Notes: generated by a model from the letters alone, not told the origin. Counted from the first letter of the stretch, positions 1 to 10,180 are shown. The stretch is DNA of 32,000 nucleotides from Breznakia blatticola (GCF_004365815.1 NZ_SODD01000009.1:32954-64953); one strand, 5' to 3'. Numbers and translations are program-made.

Positions 1-310
1 CGGCAAATCCTTTATACATGTCTGTCCACTCGTAGTTTTCACCAGCGGCAGCATCTTTCAAGTTCCATGCTGTATCTTTTACAGCACCATCATGTAACAT
101 TTTAAACCAAACTTTCGCATGTTCATGTTCATTGTGTGCAGTTTCATTAAAGATATTTTGAATTTGCACATATCCATCACTCTTTGCTTTTGAAGCATAG
201 AATGTATATTTAATTGATGCTTTAGATTCCCCTGCAAACGCTGTTTGTAAGTTTTCTTCCGTTTTGGTTCCTTTCAACTTTTTAAGATCAGACATTTCTG
301 CTATTTTCAT
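1..310 (-). CDS. rbr: Rubrerythrin, N-terminal part (the gene continues past the left window edge)
   Basis: Reverse-strand translation from ATG at 310-308 gives MKIAEMSDLKKLKGTKTEENLQTAFAGESKASIKYTFYASKAK..., the canonical rubrerythrin N-terminus (LKGTKTEENL, AFAGES). AGGAGG lies 9 nt upstream. The frame stays open to position 1. Confidence 0.85.
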   Translation of the reverse strand, partial: MKIAEMSDLKKLKGTKTEENLQTAFAGESKASIKYTFYASKAKSDGYVQIQNIFNETAHNEHEHAKVWFKMLHDGAVKDTAWNLKDAAAGENYEWTDMYKGFA

Positions 311-330
311 ATTTCCGTTCCTCCTATATG

Positions 331-345
331 TTATCTTAATTAAAA
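331..345 (-). promoter_or_regulatory. PerR/Fur-family-like 7-1-7 box overlapping the rbr -10 region
   Basis: The minus strand reads TTTTAATTAAGATAA. This matches 12 of 14 defined positions of the B. subtilis Per box TTATAATnATTATAA. Rubrerythrin genes are typical peroxide-regulon members. Confidence 0.3.
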
Positions 346-367
346 CACTTTATATATATACTATCAA
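339..367 (-). promoter_or_regulatory. Putative sigma-A promoter of rbr
   Basis: Minus strand: TTGATA (367-362), 17-nt spacer, TTTAAT (344-339), about 30 nt upstream of the rbr start. Confidence 0.4.
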
Positions 368-389
368 GTATGACGCACACGAAGAGTGT

Positions 390-422
390 AAAAAAAATGA
401 GAACCCATTATAGAGTCCTCAT
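390..422 (-). terminator. Intrinsic terminator downstream of pyk
   Basis: Minus strand: ATGAGGAC-loop-GTTCTCAT (8 bp including one GU) followed by a run of 8 U, 15 nt after the pyk stop. Confidence 0.8.
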
Positions 423-436
423 TCAATTAAAATGAA

Positions 437-1849
437 TTATTCAACTTCGATAATACGCATTGAGTTTGTTGCTCCTGATCCATGTGGATATCCAGCAACA
501 ACGATGATTGTATCACCTTTTTTGCATCCGAATTCTTTAGCAACATCACTTGCTAATTCTGATTCGTTATCTAAGTTATTTACTTTATCAACAACCATAG
601 CGTTTACACCCCAGTTGATTGTTAATGCATGACGAGTTCTTTCGTCGAATGTTGCAGCTAAAATTGGGCAATCTGGACGGAATTTAGAAATACGTCTAGC
701 ACTTGTTCCACTTGATGTGAAACATACGATTGCTGCAATATCCATTGCAAGTACTGTATCTGCTACGGCAATACCAATAGCATCAGATTTTGTACGTTTA
801 GAAGTACTAATTGAAGTACGTAATTTTTCACGGTAAGGTAAAATTGCTTCCATACCTTCAGAAATTGTAACCATTGTTTGTACAGCTTCAATTGGGTACA
901 TACCAACAGCACTTTCTCCTGAAAGCATAATTGCATCAGTTCCATCCAATACAGCATTGGCAACATCACTTGCTTCAGCACGTGTTGGACGTGGATTTTG
1001 TTGCATTGATTCTAACATGTGTGTTGCAGTAACAACTGGTTTTCCGTATGCGTTTGCTCTTTTAATCATTTCTTTTTGGTAAATAGGAACTTTCTCAAAG
1101 CTTACATCGACTCCAAGGTCACCACGAGCAACCATGATTCCATCAGCAACTTGTAAGATTTCATCCAAGTTGTCATATCCTTCTTGGTTTTCAATCTTAG
1201 CAATAATATGAATGTCTTCTTGACCTTCTTCTTTTAAGATTTTACGGATGTCCATGATGTCATCTTTACGACGTGTAAATGATGCAGCAATGTAATCCAC
1301 TTTGTTTTTACATCCAAAACGAATGTCGTTAGCATCTTTTTCAGATACGAATGGCATACTTAATTTAACATTTGGAACGTTACATCCTTTTTTGCTTTTA
1401 AGTACTCCAGGGTTTTCTACACGACAAACCAATTCTCCATCTTTTTTTTCAAGAATTGTTAAACGTACTTTTCCATCATCGATTAAGAATGTTCCACCTT
1501 CTTGAACATCATCAAATACTTCTGGACATTGTACATGTACACGGTCGTGTGTTCCTAAAATCGGTTCACGAACAAGTGTTACGATATCTCCTGCTTTGTA
1601 GCTTTCTTGACCATTTTTGAAATCTCCTAAACGAATTTCTGGTCCTTTTGTATCCAATAAGATTCCGATATTTGAATCTAATTCTTCGTTTACTTTACGG
1701 ATGTTTTTAATTCTGTTTCCGTGTTCTTCATAATCACCATGAGAGAAGTTTAAACGTGAAATGTTCATTCCTGTCTCTACTAGTTTTTTAAGCATTTCTG
1801 GACTTTCTGTAGCCGGTCCAATCGTACAAATAATTTTCGTCTTTTTCAT
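437..1849 (-). CDS. pyk: Pyruvate kinase (470 aa, no C-terminal PEP-utiliser extension)
   Basis: MKKTKIICTIGPA..., NFSHG, and MVARGDLGVE-like MVARGDLGVDV motifs. GGTGAGG RBS. Directly downstream of pfkA, as in the classic Bacillota pfkA-pyk operon. Confidence 0.97.
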   Translation of the reverse strand: MKKTKIICTIGPATESPEMLKKLVETGMNISRLNFSHGDYEEHGNRIKNIRKVNEELDSNIGILLDTKGPEIRLGDFKNGQESYKAGDIVTLVREPILGTHDRVHVQCPEVFDDVQEGGTFLIDDGKVRLTILEKKDGELVCRVENPGVLKSKKGCNVPNVKLSMPFVSEKDANDIRFGCKNKVDYIAASFTRRKDDIMDIRKILKEEGQEDIHIIAKIENQEGYDNLDEILQVADGIMVARGDLGVDVSFEKVPIYQKEMIKRANAYGKPVVTATHMLESMQQNPRPTRAEASDVANAVLDGTDAIMLSGESAVGMYPIEAVQTMVTISEGMEAILPYREKLRTSISTSKRTKSDAIGIAVADTVLAMDIAAIVCFTSSGTSARRISKFRPDCPILAATFDERTRHALTINWGVNAMVVDKVNNLDNESELASDVAKEFGCKKGDTIIVVAGYPHGSGATNSMRIIEVE

Positions 1850-1865
1850 TTTTTCTTACCTCACC

Positions 1866-2828
1866 TTATACTAAACGATCGAATAAATTTTGTAATTCTT
1901 TTCTTGATTTTGCTGGCATGTTAAGTGCTTCTTCAATCGGTACACCAACAATATTACCTGATTGCGTCCCAACGCACTGACCACCAATACCTTGCATCAG
2001 TAGATCGACAGCTTTCTCACCCATGCGAGATGCTAAAATACGATCAGCAGGTACAGGAGATCCTCCACGTTGAACGTGCCCAAGAATAGTTGCCCTACCA
2101 GAAAATCCGGTATGTTGTGAGACCTTACGCGCAAAAACTTCTACATCTGTAATTTTCTCAGAGATAATTACCAATGCATGGTTTTTCTTCTTCACAACAT
2201 CAAACTCACGCAAGCGGTCTAACACTTCACCTTCATCAAATCCTGTTTCACTAGTTATGACAATTTCCGCACCTGTAGAAATCCCTGCAAATAATGCAAG
2301 GTCACCACAACGGTTTCCCATAACTTCGACAACAGAACAACGATGGTGTGAACTTGATGTGTCACGTAACTTATCGACGGCATCAACAATGGTCGTTAGT
2401 GCGGTATTAAACCCGATGGTTTCATCCGTACTGGAAATATCATTGTCGATTGTCCCAGGTAGACCGATACAGTTAATACCCATTTCGGTCAAGGCTAAAG
2501 CTCCTCTGTAACTACCATCCCCACCGATGACAACTACTGCTTCAATTCCGAATTTTTTAAGCTGCTCGACAGCTTTTTCTCTCACTTCGAGGCTTTTGAA
2601 CTCAGGAAGTCTTGCAGACCCCAGCATTGTTCCTCCACGGTCAAGTATGTCAGATACATCACGACGTGTAAGTGGTTGGATTTTTCCTTCCACCATTCCG
2701 CGGTATCCATCATAAATTCCGTAGACTTCAATACCGATATTCGTTGCAACTCTTGTGACTGCACGAATCGCAGCATTCATTCCTGGTGCATCACCACCAG
2801 ATGTGAGTACGCCAATTCTTTTTACCAT
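1866..2828 (-). CDS. pfkA: ATP-dependent 6-phosphofructokinase
   Basis: MVKRIGVLTSGGDAPGMNAAIRAV... and GGDGS, PGTIDND motifs. I place the start at ATG 2828-2826 (GGGGAG RBS 7 nt upstream) rather than the GTG at 2843 used by the ORF track. Confidence 0.96.
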   Translation of the reverse strand: MVKRIGVLTSGGDAPGMNAAIRAVTRVATNIGIEVYGIYDGYRGMVEGKIQPLTRRDVSDILDRGGTMLGSARLPEFKSLEVREKAVEQLKKFGIEAVVVIGGDGSYRGALALTEMGINCIGLPGTIDNDISSTDETIGFNTALTTIVDAVDKLRDTSSSHHRCSVVEVMGNRCGDLALFAGISTGAEIVITSETGFDEGEVLDRLREFDVVKKKNHALVIISEKITDVEVFARKVSQHTGFSGRATILGHVQRGGSPVPADRILASRMGEKAVDLLMQGIGGQCVGTQSGNIVGVPIEEALNMPAKSRKELQNLFDRLV

Positions 2829-2896
2829 AATTGCACTCCCCACTGATTAAAAATCACTACTAATATACCACTTATCTTCAATAATATCTAGTGTAT

Positions 2897-3808
2897 CTAT
2901 CGGCGATTTTTACCTTTCACGACTTTTTCCTCAGCCAACATCTTAATTCGCTCACTAATTCGCAAAGCACCGAGCTCATTATTGACTGATTTCTTACCTA
3001 AACTATAGAATTCTTCGAGTTTATCCATCGCACAATTACTTGTGAATATCGTTAAGCGATGTGCTTCCATTCGCTCATTTAATATTGGCAACAGGATATC
3101 GTCTCGCGACCAAGATGATGCACTTTCTCCAGCAATATCATCAAGTGCTAAGACCTCTACTTTTTTTAATTTCTCAATCACATGTCCATATCCATGCGGT
3201 GTATTCATCAATGTTTTTAAATTCGCAATCAGTGTTGGCACATGCACAAATGCACAGCGCTTTCCTCTAGTTGCCATTTCATTGATAAAACAACACATCA
3301 AATAGGTTTTTCCAACACCTGGTAAACCACTTAGATAAAATCCTTGTGGATCACTGATCGTGCTTCGACGTTCGACATAATTAGCAACTGCTAAATATGG
3401 TCCACTTTCGTTTGCAATATCGATATTGGTAAAACGATATCCCATTTGTTCAATTGACATATCATTGTAAATTAACTTGTTTTGGTGTGCAGTTTGACGT
3501 TCAATTTTGCTTTCATAACGACATGCTACATACTCATAGTCTAATATACCATCATTTGCACTTACTTCAAGCAAATAGCCTGTATTTGGCTGTTTACAGT
3601 GACTTAAGCCTACACAATCACGACATTGGTCAAGTCGAGCAACATAATCTTTTAGTGTATATGCATTTTGTAAAACAAACTCATAGTCGACTTTATATGT
3701 TGCAAGAAAGCGTTGAATTCGTTCATCTTTAATTAAACTTTGTGCTAGAAACTCACGTTCTTTGCGTTGTAGTTCATCTTCTTTTAATTGAAAACTAACT
3801 TTCTCCAT
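2897..3808 (-). CDS. dnaI: Primosomal helicase-loader protein DnaI
   Basis: N-terminal Cys-rich region (CRDCVGLSHC), AAA+ Walker A GLPGVGKTYL and Walker B LALDDIG. Overlaps the preceding dnaB-like gene by 14 nt. Confidence 0.9.
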   Translation of the reverse strand: MEKVSFQLKEDELQRKEREFLAQSLIKDERIQRFLATYKVDYEFVLQNAYTLKDYVARLDQCRDCVGLSHCKQPNTGYLLEVSANDGILDYEYVACRYESKIERQTAHQNKLIYNDMSIEQMGYRFTNIDIANESGPYLAVANYVERRSTISDPQGFYLSGLPGVGKTYLMCCFINEMATRGKRCAFVHVPTLIANLKTLMNTPHGYGHVIEKLKKVEVLALDDIAGESASSWSRDDILLPILNERMEAHRLTIFTSNCAMDKLEEFYSLGKKSVNNELGALRISERIKMLAEEKVVKGKNRR

Positions 3809-4961
3809 TTGCTAACCTCCTTTGTCGTATTTCTTCAATCAAGCGTTGACGTTCATCTTCACTCATTGTATCTTCCTCATCATATGAGATTAATACTTTT
3901 TCATCTTTAGTTGTTTTTGTTGGATTATGCATATATGCAACTGCTTGTTCGTAGGTTTCAATATTACTACGTAACCAAGAACCAGCAACACTCTCTACGA
4001 AATTCCGTGGGAATCTCTGATTTGCTTTTTGCAACACATAATCGATAAGCACATTAACAACCTCTGGGTGTAATTTATACTCTTCTAATAAAATACGAAT
4101 CGTTTCACGATCATAACGACTTACCTCAACACCCTTTTGTTTATTTTGTAGGAATCGAACAGGTGGCCACTTGTAGATGTTTACCTCATCTGTTTCGTAT
4201 TTTGCTTTACTATTTGCAGCACGCTTACGCATCGCTTCTACATCAAGGTTTCCATCTTTATCAAGTGAACGTGAGACGATTCCACGCATCGTTTGCGGAT
4301 GAATTCCATATAGTGTAGCAACACGTCCAATTTCCTTTAATAGTTTAGCAGAACGCTTCTTTGGTGGCCATACATTTTTAAAATTCAACAAGAATGCATC
4401 ATAGTTGAAGATAATTTCACTGCCATCCCGTTGTTCTTGAATTTCTTCTTGCATTTGACTAAAGGTATTTTCAAAGTGTTCATTCCAACCTTCTCGAATT
4501 ACATCACTAATACATTCAGAGATATCTTCATATTCTTGCTTACGTAAGCTTTCTTGTAAGAAGGCTTGTTTTTGAAAGCGAAAGACTTGTTCTCCTAGTA
4601 AATCTAGATACATACGTCCAAATACTTCATGTTCCAAAAACTCTGTTGGTTTTTTTGGTGGATATAGTTCATAAATGTATCGATCTAGTTTTTGCGAATA
4701 GTATGTTTTTAGTAATTGATATTTTTCAAGTACTTTACGTTCACGCTCAATAACTTCAATGCTTAAACCACTTACTTTAACTAAGATTAAATGATTATCA
4801 AAACTCATCTTTTCATCAGCTAAAGCTGCCATCATTTCATACAACAAATACGCGCTTTCATGAATCAAAGGATAATAAAGCATAGTTAAAACATGGTAAT
4901 CACGTCGTTCGATTTTGCCATGGATCTCGATTTGCAATTTACTATCTTCACGTAATGTCAT
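3795..4961 (-). CDS. dnaB: Replication initiation and membrane attachment protein (B. subtilis-type DnaB, not the replicative helicase)
   Basis: N-terminal LTMLYYPLIHESAYLLYEMM segment typical of the DnaB_2/DnaD-like family, and conserved position immediately upstream of dnaI. Confidence 0.7.
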   Translation of the reverse strand: MTLREDSKLQIEIHGKIERRDYHVLTMLYYPLIHESAYLLYEMMAALADEKMSFDNHLILVKVSGLSIEVIERERKVLEKYQLLKTYYSQKLDRYIYELYPPKKPTEFLEHEVFGRMYLDLLGEQVFRFQKQAFLQESLRKQEYEDISECISDVIREGWNEHFENTFSQMQEEIQEQRDGSEIIFNYDAFLLNFKNVWPPKKRSAKLLKEIGRVATLYGIHPQTMRGIVSRSLDKDGNLDVEAMRKRAANSKAKYETDEVNIYKWPPVRFLQNKQKGVEVSRYDRETIRILLEEYKLHPEVVNVLIDYVLQKANQRFPRNFVESVAGSWLRSNIETYEQAVAYMHNPTKTTKDEKVLISYDEEDTMSEDERQRLIEEIRQRRLANGES

Positions 4962-5535
4962 AACTACCTCTACTTTCTAATAATTCATCCAATTGACAAA
5001 ATACATCATCACCTGGATTGTTGTATATATATGCACTTACTTGTTGAGTATTGGGCATAAACTTCTTTTGTGCACTCAATACTGTATTTGCATATTCTTT
5101 TGAATATCCTCTTTGTTTCATCAATCGTTCAATAGCAACTGCATCATCACAAGTCACAATCCATACTTCATCAAAATAGACTTCCCAACCAAATTCATGG
5201 ACATTTGCTACTTCAACTACACAAATAGGTGCATGTGTATGTTTTTTAAAGAATGCTTGCATTTCAACTAATACTTTTGGATGAATGAAACTTTCCAATT
5301 GTCTTTTTGCTTGTTTGCTAGCAAACACAATGTTTCCTAATTTTTTTCGATCAATTTCATCATTTGTTAGAATGTCTTGCCCAAAAGCTTCAACAATTTC
5401 AGCTTTTGCTTGTGTATCACGAATATGTGCAGCCACTTCATCTAGACAAAGCACAGGCACACCTCGCTCTTTCAATATATTGGAAATATACGTTTTTCCT
5501 GAACCAATGGTTCCACTAATGACAACTTTTCTCAT
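4948..5535 (-). CDS. coaE: Dephospho-CoA kinase
   Basis: P-loop GTIGSGKT and CoaE-like length. I prefer the start MRKVVISG at ATG 5535-5533, which forms an ATGA overlap with the mutM stop. The ORF-track start at 5559 would add 8 residues that overlap mutM. Confidence 0.88.
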   Translation of the reverse strand: MRKVVISGTIGSGKTYISNILKERGVPVLCLDEVAAHIRDTQAKAEIVEAFGQDILTNDEIDRKKLGNIVFASKQAKRQLESFIHPKVLVEMQAFFKKHTHAPICVVEVANVHEFGWEVYFDEVWIVTCDDAVAIERLMKQRGYSKEYANTVLSAQKKFMPNTQQVSAYIYNNPGDDVFCQLDELLESRGSYDIT

Positions 5536-6365
5536 TTGCGTTTTTGACACGTACGACATACATACGTCCCCCTACCACCAACTACAATTTTATCAATCGA
5601 ATTTCCACAAGTTGGGCAAGCTTCCCCTTTTTTCATATGGACTTTTAATTGTAATTGGAATTTCCCATCTACGCCTAAAGAAGATGTATACGAACGAATC
5701 GTCGTTCCTCCAGCTTTAATGGCACCTTGTAAAATAATACGTGTATTTTCTAAAATCATTTCGAAATCTTTTTTTGTTAGATGATAGATTTTCGTTTCTG
5801 GATGAAGTTTTGATCGAAAAGCAATTTCATCTGCATAAATATTCCCTACTCCTGCCATCACACTTTGATCAAGTAGGAACTGTTTCAATGTTGTTTTTCT
5901 TCTCTTTGCTTGTTGGTATAAGTAATTTGCATCAACATGTGAATCAAATGCATCATAACCAACATGCTGGAATGCTTTTTGTTCATAAAGAATTACATCT
6001 TTATCGTATACATACATCCGACCGAATTTACGAACATCATGGTAGACAAGTTTTCTACCATCATCAAGCATGAAAATAATATGTGCATGCTTACTATATG
6101 GATCTTCATCTTTTTGATAAATATAGAATTTTCCTTCCATCCGTAAATGAACTACCAAATTTACATCATTCATACCAAAGATTAAATATTTTCCAACACG
6201 CGAAAAATCAATGAAATGTTGATGCACAAGTAACTTTGTGAATTCTTGTGCATCTATCGCATCGATCATTTTTGCATAACGTACTTCAATATGTACGATT
6301 TCATTTCCTTTGATTTGATGTTCTAAAGTTCTTAGAACCGTTTCTACTTCTGGTAATTCTGGCAT
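5532..6365 (-). CDS. mutM: Formamidopyrimidine-DNA glycosylase (Fpg/MutM)
   Basis: MPELPEVETV N-terminus and C-terminal zinc finger CPTCG...CRTCQ. Confidence 0.95.
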   Translation of the reverse strand: MPELPEVETVLRTLEHQIKGNEIVHIEVRYAKMIDAIDAQEFTKLLVHQHFIDFSRVGKYLIFGMNDVNLVVHLRMEGKFYIYQKDEDPYSKHAHIIFMLDDGRKLVYHDVRKFGRMYVYDKDVILYEQKAFQHVGYDAFDSHVDANYLYQQAKRRKTTLKQFLLDQSVMAGVGNIYADEIAFRSKLHPETKIYHLTKKDFEMILENTRIILQGAIKAGGTTIRSYTSSLGVDGKFQLQLKVHMKKGEACPTCGNSIDKIVVGGRGTYVCRTCQKRK

Positions 6366-6374
6366 ATTATCTTC

Positions 6375-8975
6375 CTATTTACTATCTAAGTAATTATCTG
6401 CAAAGTTTGCATCAATAACTAATGGTACTTGTAGTTTTGCAACATGTTCCATTGCATCTTTAACAAGTTGTTCCATCATGTCCATTTCATCTGTTGGAAC
6501 ATCAAAAACTAACTCATCATGAATTTGTAAGATCAGTTTACTCTTACACTGTTTTTCTTCCATAGCTTTTGTCACATGAATCATCGCAAGTTTAATTAAA
6601 TCTGCAGCACTACCTTGAATTGGTGCATTCATAGCAGCACGTTTTCCAAACTCACGTGTCATATAGTTTTTATCATTAATTTCTTTAATAATTCTACGAC
6701 GATTAAACATCGTTTTTACATATCCATGCTCTTTAGCAAAATCAATTGTCTCATCCATGAATGCTTTAATTTGCGGATATGAACGGAAATATCCATCCAT
6801 AAAGTCTTTCGCTGTATTCATATCAATGTTTAATTCACTTGATAATCCGTATTGCGTTTGTCCATACACCATTCCAAAGTTAACAGTTTTTGCTTGACGA
6901 CGCATTGCTGAAGTCACTTCATCTTTATCAACATTGAAAATCAACATCGCTGTTTTTGTATGAATATCAATACCATGTGTAAAGGCATCAATCATTTGTT
7001 TTTCATTTGCCATATGCGCAAGTACACGAAGTTCAATTTGACTATAATCTGCTGCATATAACATACATCCTTCACTAGGAATAAAGGCACGACGTACTTC
7101 ACGTGACTCTTCATCGCGTACACTTAAGTTTTGCAAGTTTGGATTACTTGAAGATAAGCGTCCAGTTTGCGTTAAACTTTGATGATATAAGGTATGAATC
7201 TTTCCATCCTTACGAATGTGTTTTTGTAGTCCTACTGCATAAGTTGAGTCAATTTTTTGGTATTTACGATATTCAATTAATTTATCAATAATTGGATGTG
7301 TATGACGTAATTTCTCTAACACATCAATCGCTGTACTACGTTTCTTATTACTTTTTAAACCTAAAGTATCAAATAAGACCTCTGCAAGTTGCTTTGGTGA
7401 GTTTACATTAAATGTGACACCTGCAAGTGTATGAATTTCTTTTTCTAATGCTTGTAAAATCACTTGTGTCTTTCCATGAATTTCTTCAAGTACATCTTGT
7501 GATGTGCGCACACCTTGCTTTTCCATGTTAAACAAAATACGTGTCAATGGCATTTCCATTTCGATAAATAGATGGTCCATCTCTTTTTCTTTTAATTCTT
7601 CAGTTAGTTTTGGATACAAGTCTTGCACGATATACATTTGATCTCCAACATATGTTAAACGTTGGTCAGGATCTGCAAGTTTTGGTGATGTTGATTTTCC
7701 ATATACATCATCTTTTGTCTTTTCAAATTGATAATTGTATTTAAATGCTAACTGCTTTTCATCATTGATATAGTTGTCGCATAAAAATGCAGCAATTTGT
7801 ACATCAAAACTAAAATCTGTGTAGGATAAACCTGCATGATCTAATAAATGATACGCTTCTTTTGCGTTGTTGGTGATCTTTGTTAAATCACTAGTCAACA
7901 AAGTAGCTAGTACACTATCCATTAACATATATTCTTTGGCTAGATAATATGCTGTTGTATCACTAGCAACAAGCACTCCATATAATTGTGCATCATAAAA
8001 TGGTTGATTGTCATAATCAAATACCATGTAAATTTCTTTTTCATTTACTAGTGCTTTTGGTAATGCTTCAACTTCTTTTACTTCGATATTTGTTTTTGTT
8101 GGTTTCACTGTAATGTTTTTCATAAATGAGCGCATTTCATATTTCGTGTAGAAATCATTTAATGCTGGCACATTTGCTTCATACTTCAATTGATCCAGTT
8201 CAACAGGTACTGTACAATCTGTTTTAATTGTAGCTAGTTGTTTTGACATAAAAGCATTATCTTTGTCCATTTCTAGCTTTTCTTTTAGTTTTCCCTTAAT
8301 CTTGTCAATATTATCGTATACACCTTCAAGTGAATCATATTCTAATAATAGTTTTGTGGCTGTTTTTTCTCCAACCCCTTTTACTCCAGGAATATTGTCT
8401 GCACTATCCCCCATCAATCCTTTTAAATCGATGATTTGCTTTGGACGTACTTGTTTTAGTTCTTCTAGTTTTTTGGTATCAACTACTTCCATCTCTGTAA
8501 TTCCTTTTTTCATAAGCATTACAGATGTTGTATCATCAATACATTGTAGTAAATCTTGATCACTTGTAAGAATTACAACTTTATGATCCTTATAATGTTT
8601 TGCTAGTGAACCAATGATATCGTCTGCTTCAATTCCATCTTCTTCATAACGGAAAATTCCATATGCATCCAAAAACTCACGAACAATTGGAAATTGTACC
8701 TTTAATTCAGGATCCAATTCTTTTCGTGTACCTTTATATGCTTCATATGCTTCATGTCTAAATGTCGGTTTCCCACTATCCCAAGCAACCATTACATAGT
8801 CAGGTTCAATTGTTGCAATTGCTTTATTGATCATGTTCACAAATCCATATACTGCATTTGTTGAGACCCCACTAGATGTACTCATTCTTGCTCCACTATA
8901 CAAAGTTGCATAGTAGGCTCTAAATAACATTGAATTTCCATCAATTAATAAAATTTCACAGCTCATATATATCAC
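6375..8975 (-). CDS. polA: DNA polymerase I
   Basis: 866 aa. 5'-nuclease N-terminus (LIDGNSMLFRAYYA), polymerase motif A (DYSQIELRVLAH), motif B (RRQAKTVNFGMVYG) and motif C (QIHDELVF). Confidence 0.97.
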   Translation of the reverse strand: MIYMSCEILLIDGNSMLFRAYYATLYSGARMSTSSGVSTNAVYGFVNMINKAIATIEPDYVMVAWDSGKPTFRHEAYEAYKGTRKELDPELKVQFPIVREFLDAYGIFRYEEDGIEADDIIGSLAKHYKDHKVVILTSDQDLLQCIDDTTSVMLMKKGITEMEVVDTKKLEELKQVRPKQIIDLKGLMGDSADNIPGVKGVGEKTATKLLLEYDSLEGVYDNIDKIKGKLKEKLEMDKDNAFMSKQLATIKTDCTVPVELDQLKYEANVPALNDFYTKYEMRSFMKNITVKPTKTNIEVKEVEALPKALVNEKEIYMVFDYDNQPFYDAQLYGVLVASDTTAYYLAKEYMLMDSVLATLLTSDLTKITNNAKEAYHLLDHAGLSYTDFSFDVQIAAFLCDNYINDEKQLAFKYNYQFEKTKDDVYGKSTSPKLADPDQRLTYVGDQMYIVQDLYPKLTEELKEKEMDHLFIEMEMPLTRILFNMEKQGVRTSQDVLEEIHGKTQVILQALEKEIHTLAGVTFNVNSPKQLAEVLFDTLGLKSNKKRSTAIDVLEKLRHTHPIIDKLIEYRKYQKIDSTYAVGLQKHIRKDGKIHTLYHQSLTQTGRLSSSNPNLQNLSVRDEESREVRRAFIPSEGCMLYAADYSQIELRVLAHMANEKQMIDAFTHGIDIHTKTAMLIFNVDKDEVTSAMRRQAKTVNFGMVYGQTQYGLSSELNIDMNTAKDFMDGYFRSYPQIKAFMDETIDFAKEHGYVKTMFNRRRIIKEINDKNYMTREFGKRAAMNAPIQGSAADLIKLAMIHVTKAMEEKQCKSKLILQIHDELVFDVPTDEMDMMEQLVKDAMEHVAKLQVPLVIDANFADNYLDSK

Positions 8976-9080
8976 GCTCCATACTTGTTAATCATACCAC
9001 AAACTTGCTCGACTCGTTATAAAAACAATTCCGATAATACTTCGTTATCTTTTGATTTTTGGCAAAGAAAAAACAAAAGG

Positions 9081-10106
9081 CTAATCAAGCTCTTTTGTTT
9101 TGATTTCTTCTAAGACTTTTTTTGCATCATGAAGATCTTCAGCATTACTCTTTCCAACATAACGTAATGTTAATGGTTGGTAGGCTTTACCAGTCATACT
9201 TTCTTTATCCTTTGGATAACGGAAAGTAAATCCATACTCGTGTGCATGTTCAACTAACCATTTGTATTCCTCAGAACTTTCAATATCTTCTAATTTATCT
9301 TTTCCAACAATCTTTAATGTAATTGTAAATCCTAATTGACTTTCACTTTGACCTGGATAATCACTATATCGTTTAAAATCAACTGTTCCATATTGGATTT
9401 GTGCATTTTTCCATAACTCAATTTGATCTGTATACGATACATATCCACTTGTAAGTAATAGTTTTCCTGCATTGCTTGGTTCTGCTTTAACAAATGCTGC
9501 CATCATTTCACGTAAGGGTTCAATAACTTCATCACGCACTTTAACTTGTTCTTCCCCAGCTACAATACTTGCTGAACCAATAATTGAGAAATCAACACCA
9601 ACTAAATTCTTTGGTACATAGTTAATCACAATATGTTTGTCTTTCAATAGAAGCATAGGATCTGCTGCATCTAATACAAGATTGCTATCTTTGAAATACA
9701 AATATCCATTGTCAAAATAACTTGCTAGACTTTCATAGCTATAGTTTGTGACTAATAATTCAAATTCACGAACGCTATAATCTTGACGATATGTATTCAC
9801 AAAATTCACAATCGCTGTTGGATCTGCTGGTTGTACATTTTTAGCAGCTTCATAACATAGTATATTTTTCACAGTAAATCCTGGAACTTGAATGAATTCC
9901 ATATACTGTTCTGGTTTTATTTTTTGTTGGACAATATAATCAATATCATTTGTATCTGTGATTGTTTGTCGAATGATATCTTCGTTTTCTTTTGTAAAGT
10001 AACTTTTGTATCTAGCAAACGGGTCATAATGATCATCCAATAAGCTAAAACACACTAGAAACATTGCACATAAAACGAGTACCAATACACCTCTTTTAAG
10101 TTTCAT
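9081..10106 (-). CDS. Membrane-anchored VanY/M15B-like D,D-carboxypeptidase homologue with degenerate active site
   Basis: N-terminal TM/signal segment. The C-terminal block aligns by eye to the VanY scaffold, but the conserved residues are replaced: SGYVS (normally SGYRS), SESQLGFTIT (normally SEHxxGxAxD), GFTFRYPKDKESMTGKAYQPLTLRYVG (normally ...EPWHxRYVG). Confidence 0.65.
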   Translation of the reverse strand: MKLKRGVLVLVLCAMFLVCFSLLDDHYDPFARYKSYFTKENEDIIRQTITDTNDIDYIVQQKIKPEQYMEFIQVPGFTVKNILCYEAAKNVQPADPTAIVNFVNTYRQDYSVREFELLVTNYSYESLASYFDNGYLYFKDSNLVLDAADPMLLLKDKHIVINYVPKNLVGVDFSIIGSASIVAGEEQVKVRDEVIEPLREMMAAFVKAEPSNAGKLLLTSGYVSYTDQIELWKNAQIQYGTVDFKRYSDYPGQSESQLGFTITLKIVGKDKLEDIESSEEYKWLVEHAHEYGFTFRYPKDKESMTGKAYQPLTLRYVGKSNAEDLHDAKKVLEEIKTKELD

Positions 10107-10180
10107 CTAACTCATTATACCAAATCTTAGGTCAATCTCAATATAAATAGTTCCACTTCGAGTGTCGGTGTGATAAAATA

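Noticed and set aside
5536-5559. N-terminal 8-residue extension of coaE overlapping mutM by 28 nt
   Set aside because: An ATG at 5535-5533 gives the usual short lead-in to the P-loop (MRKVVISGTIGSGKT) and forms a typical ATGA stop/start overlap with mutM.
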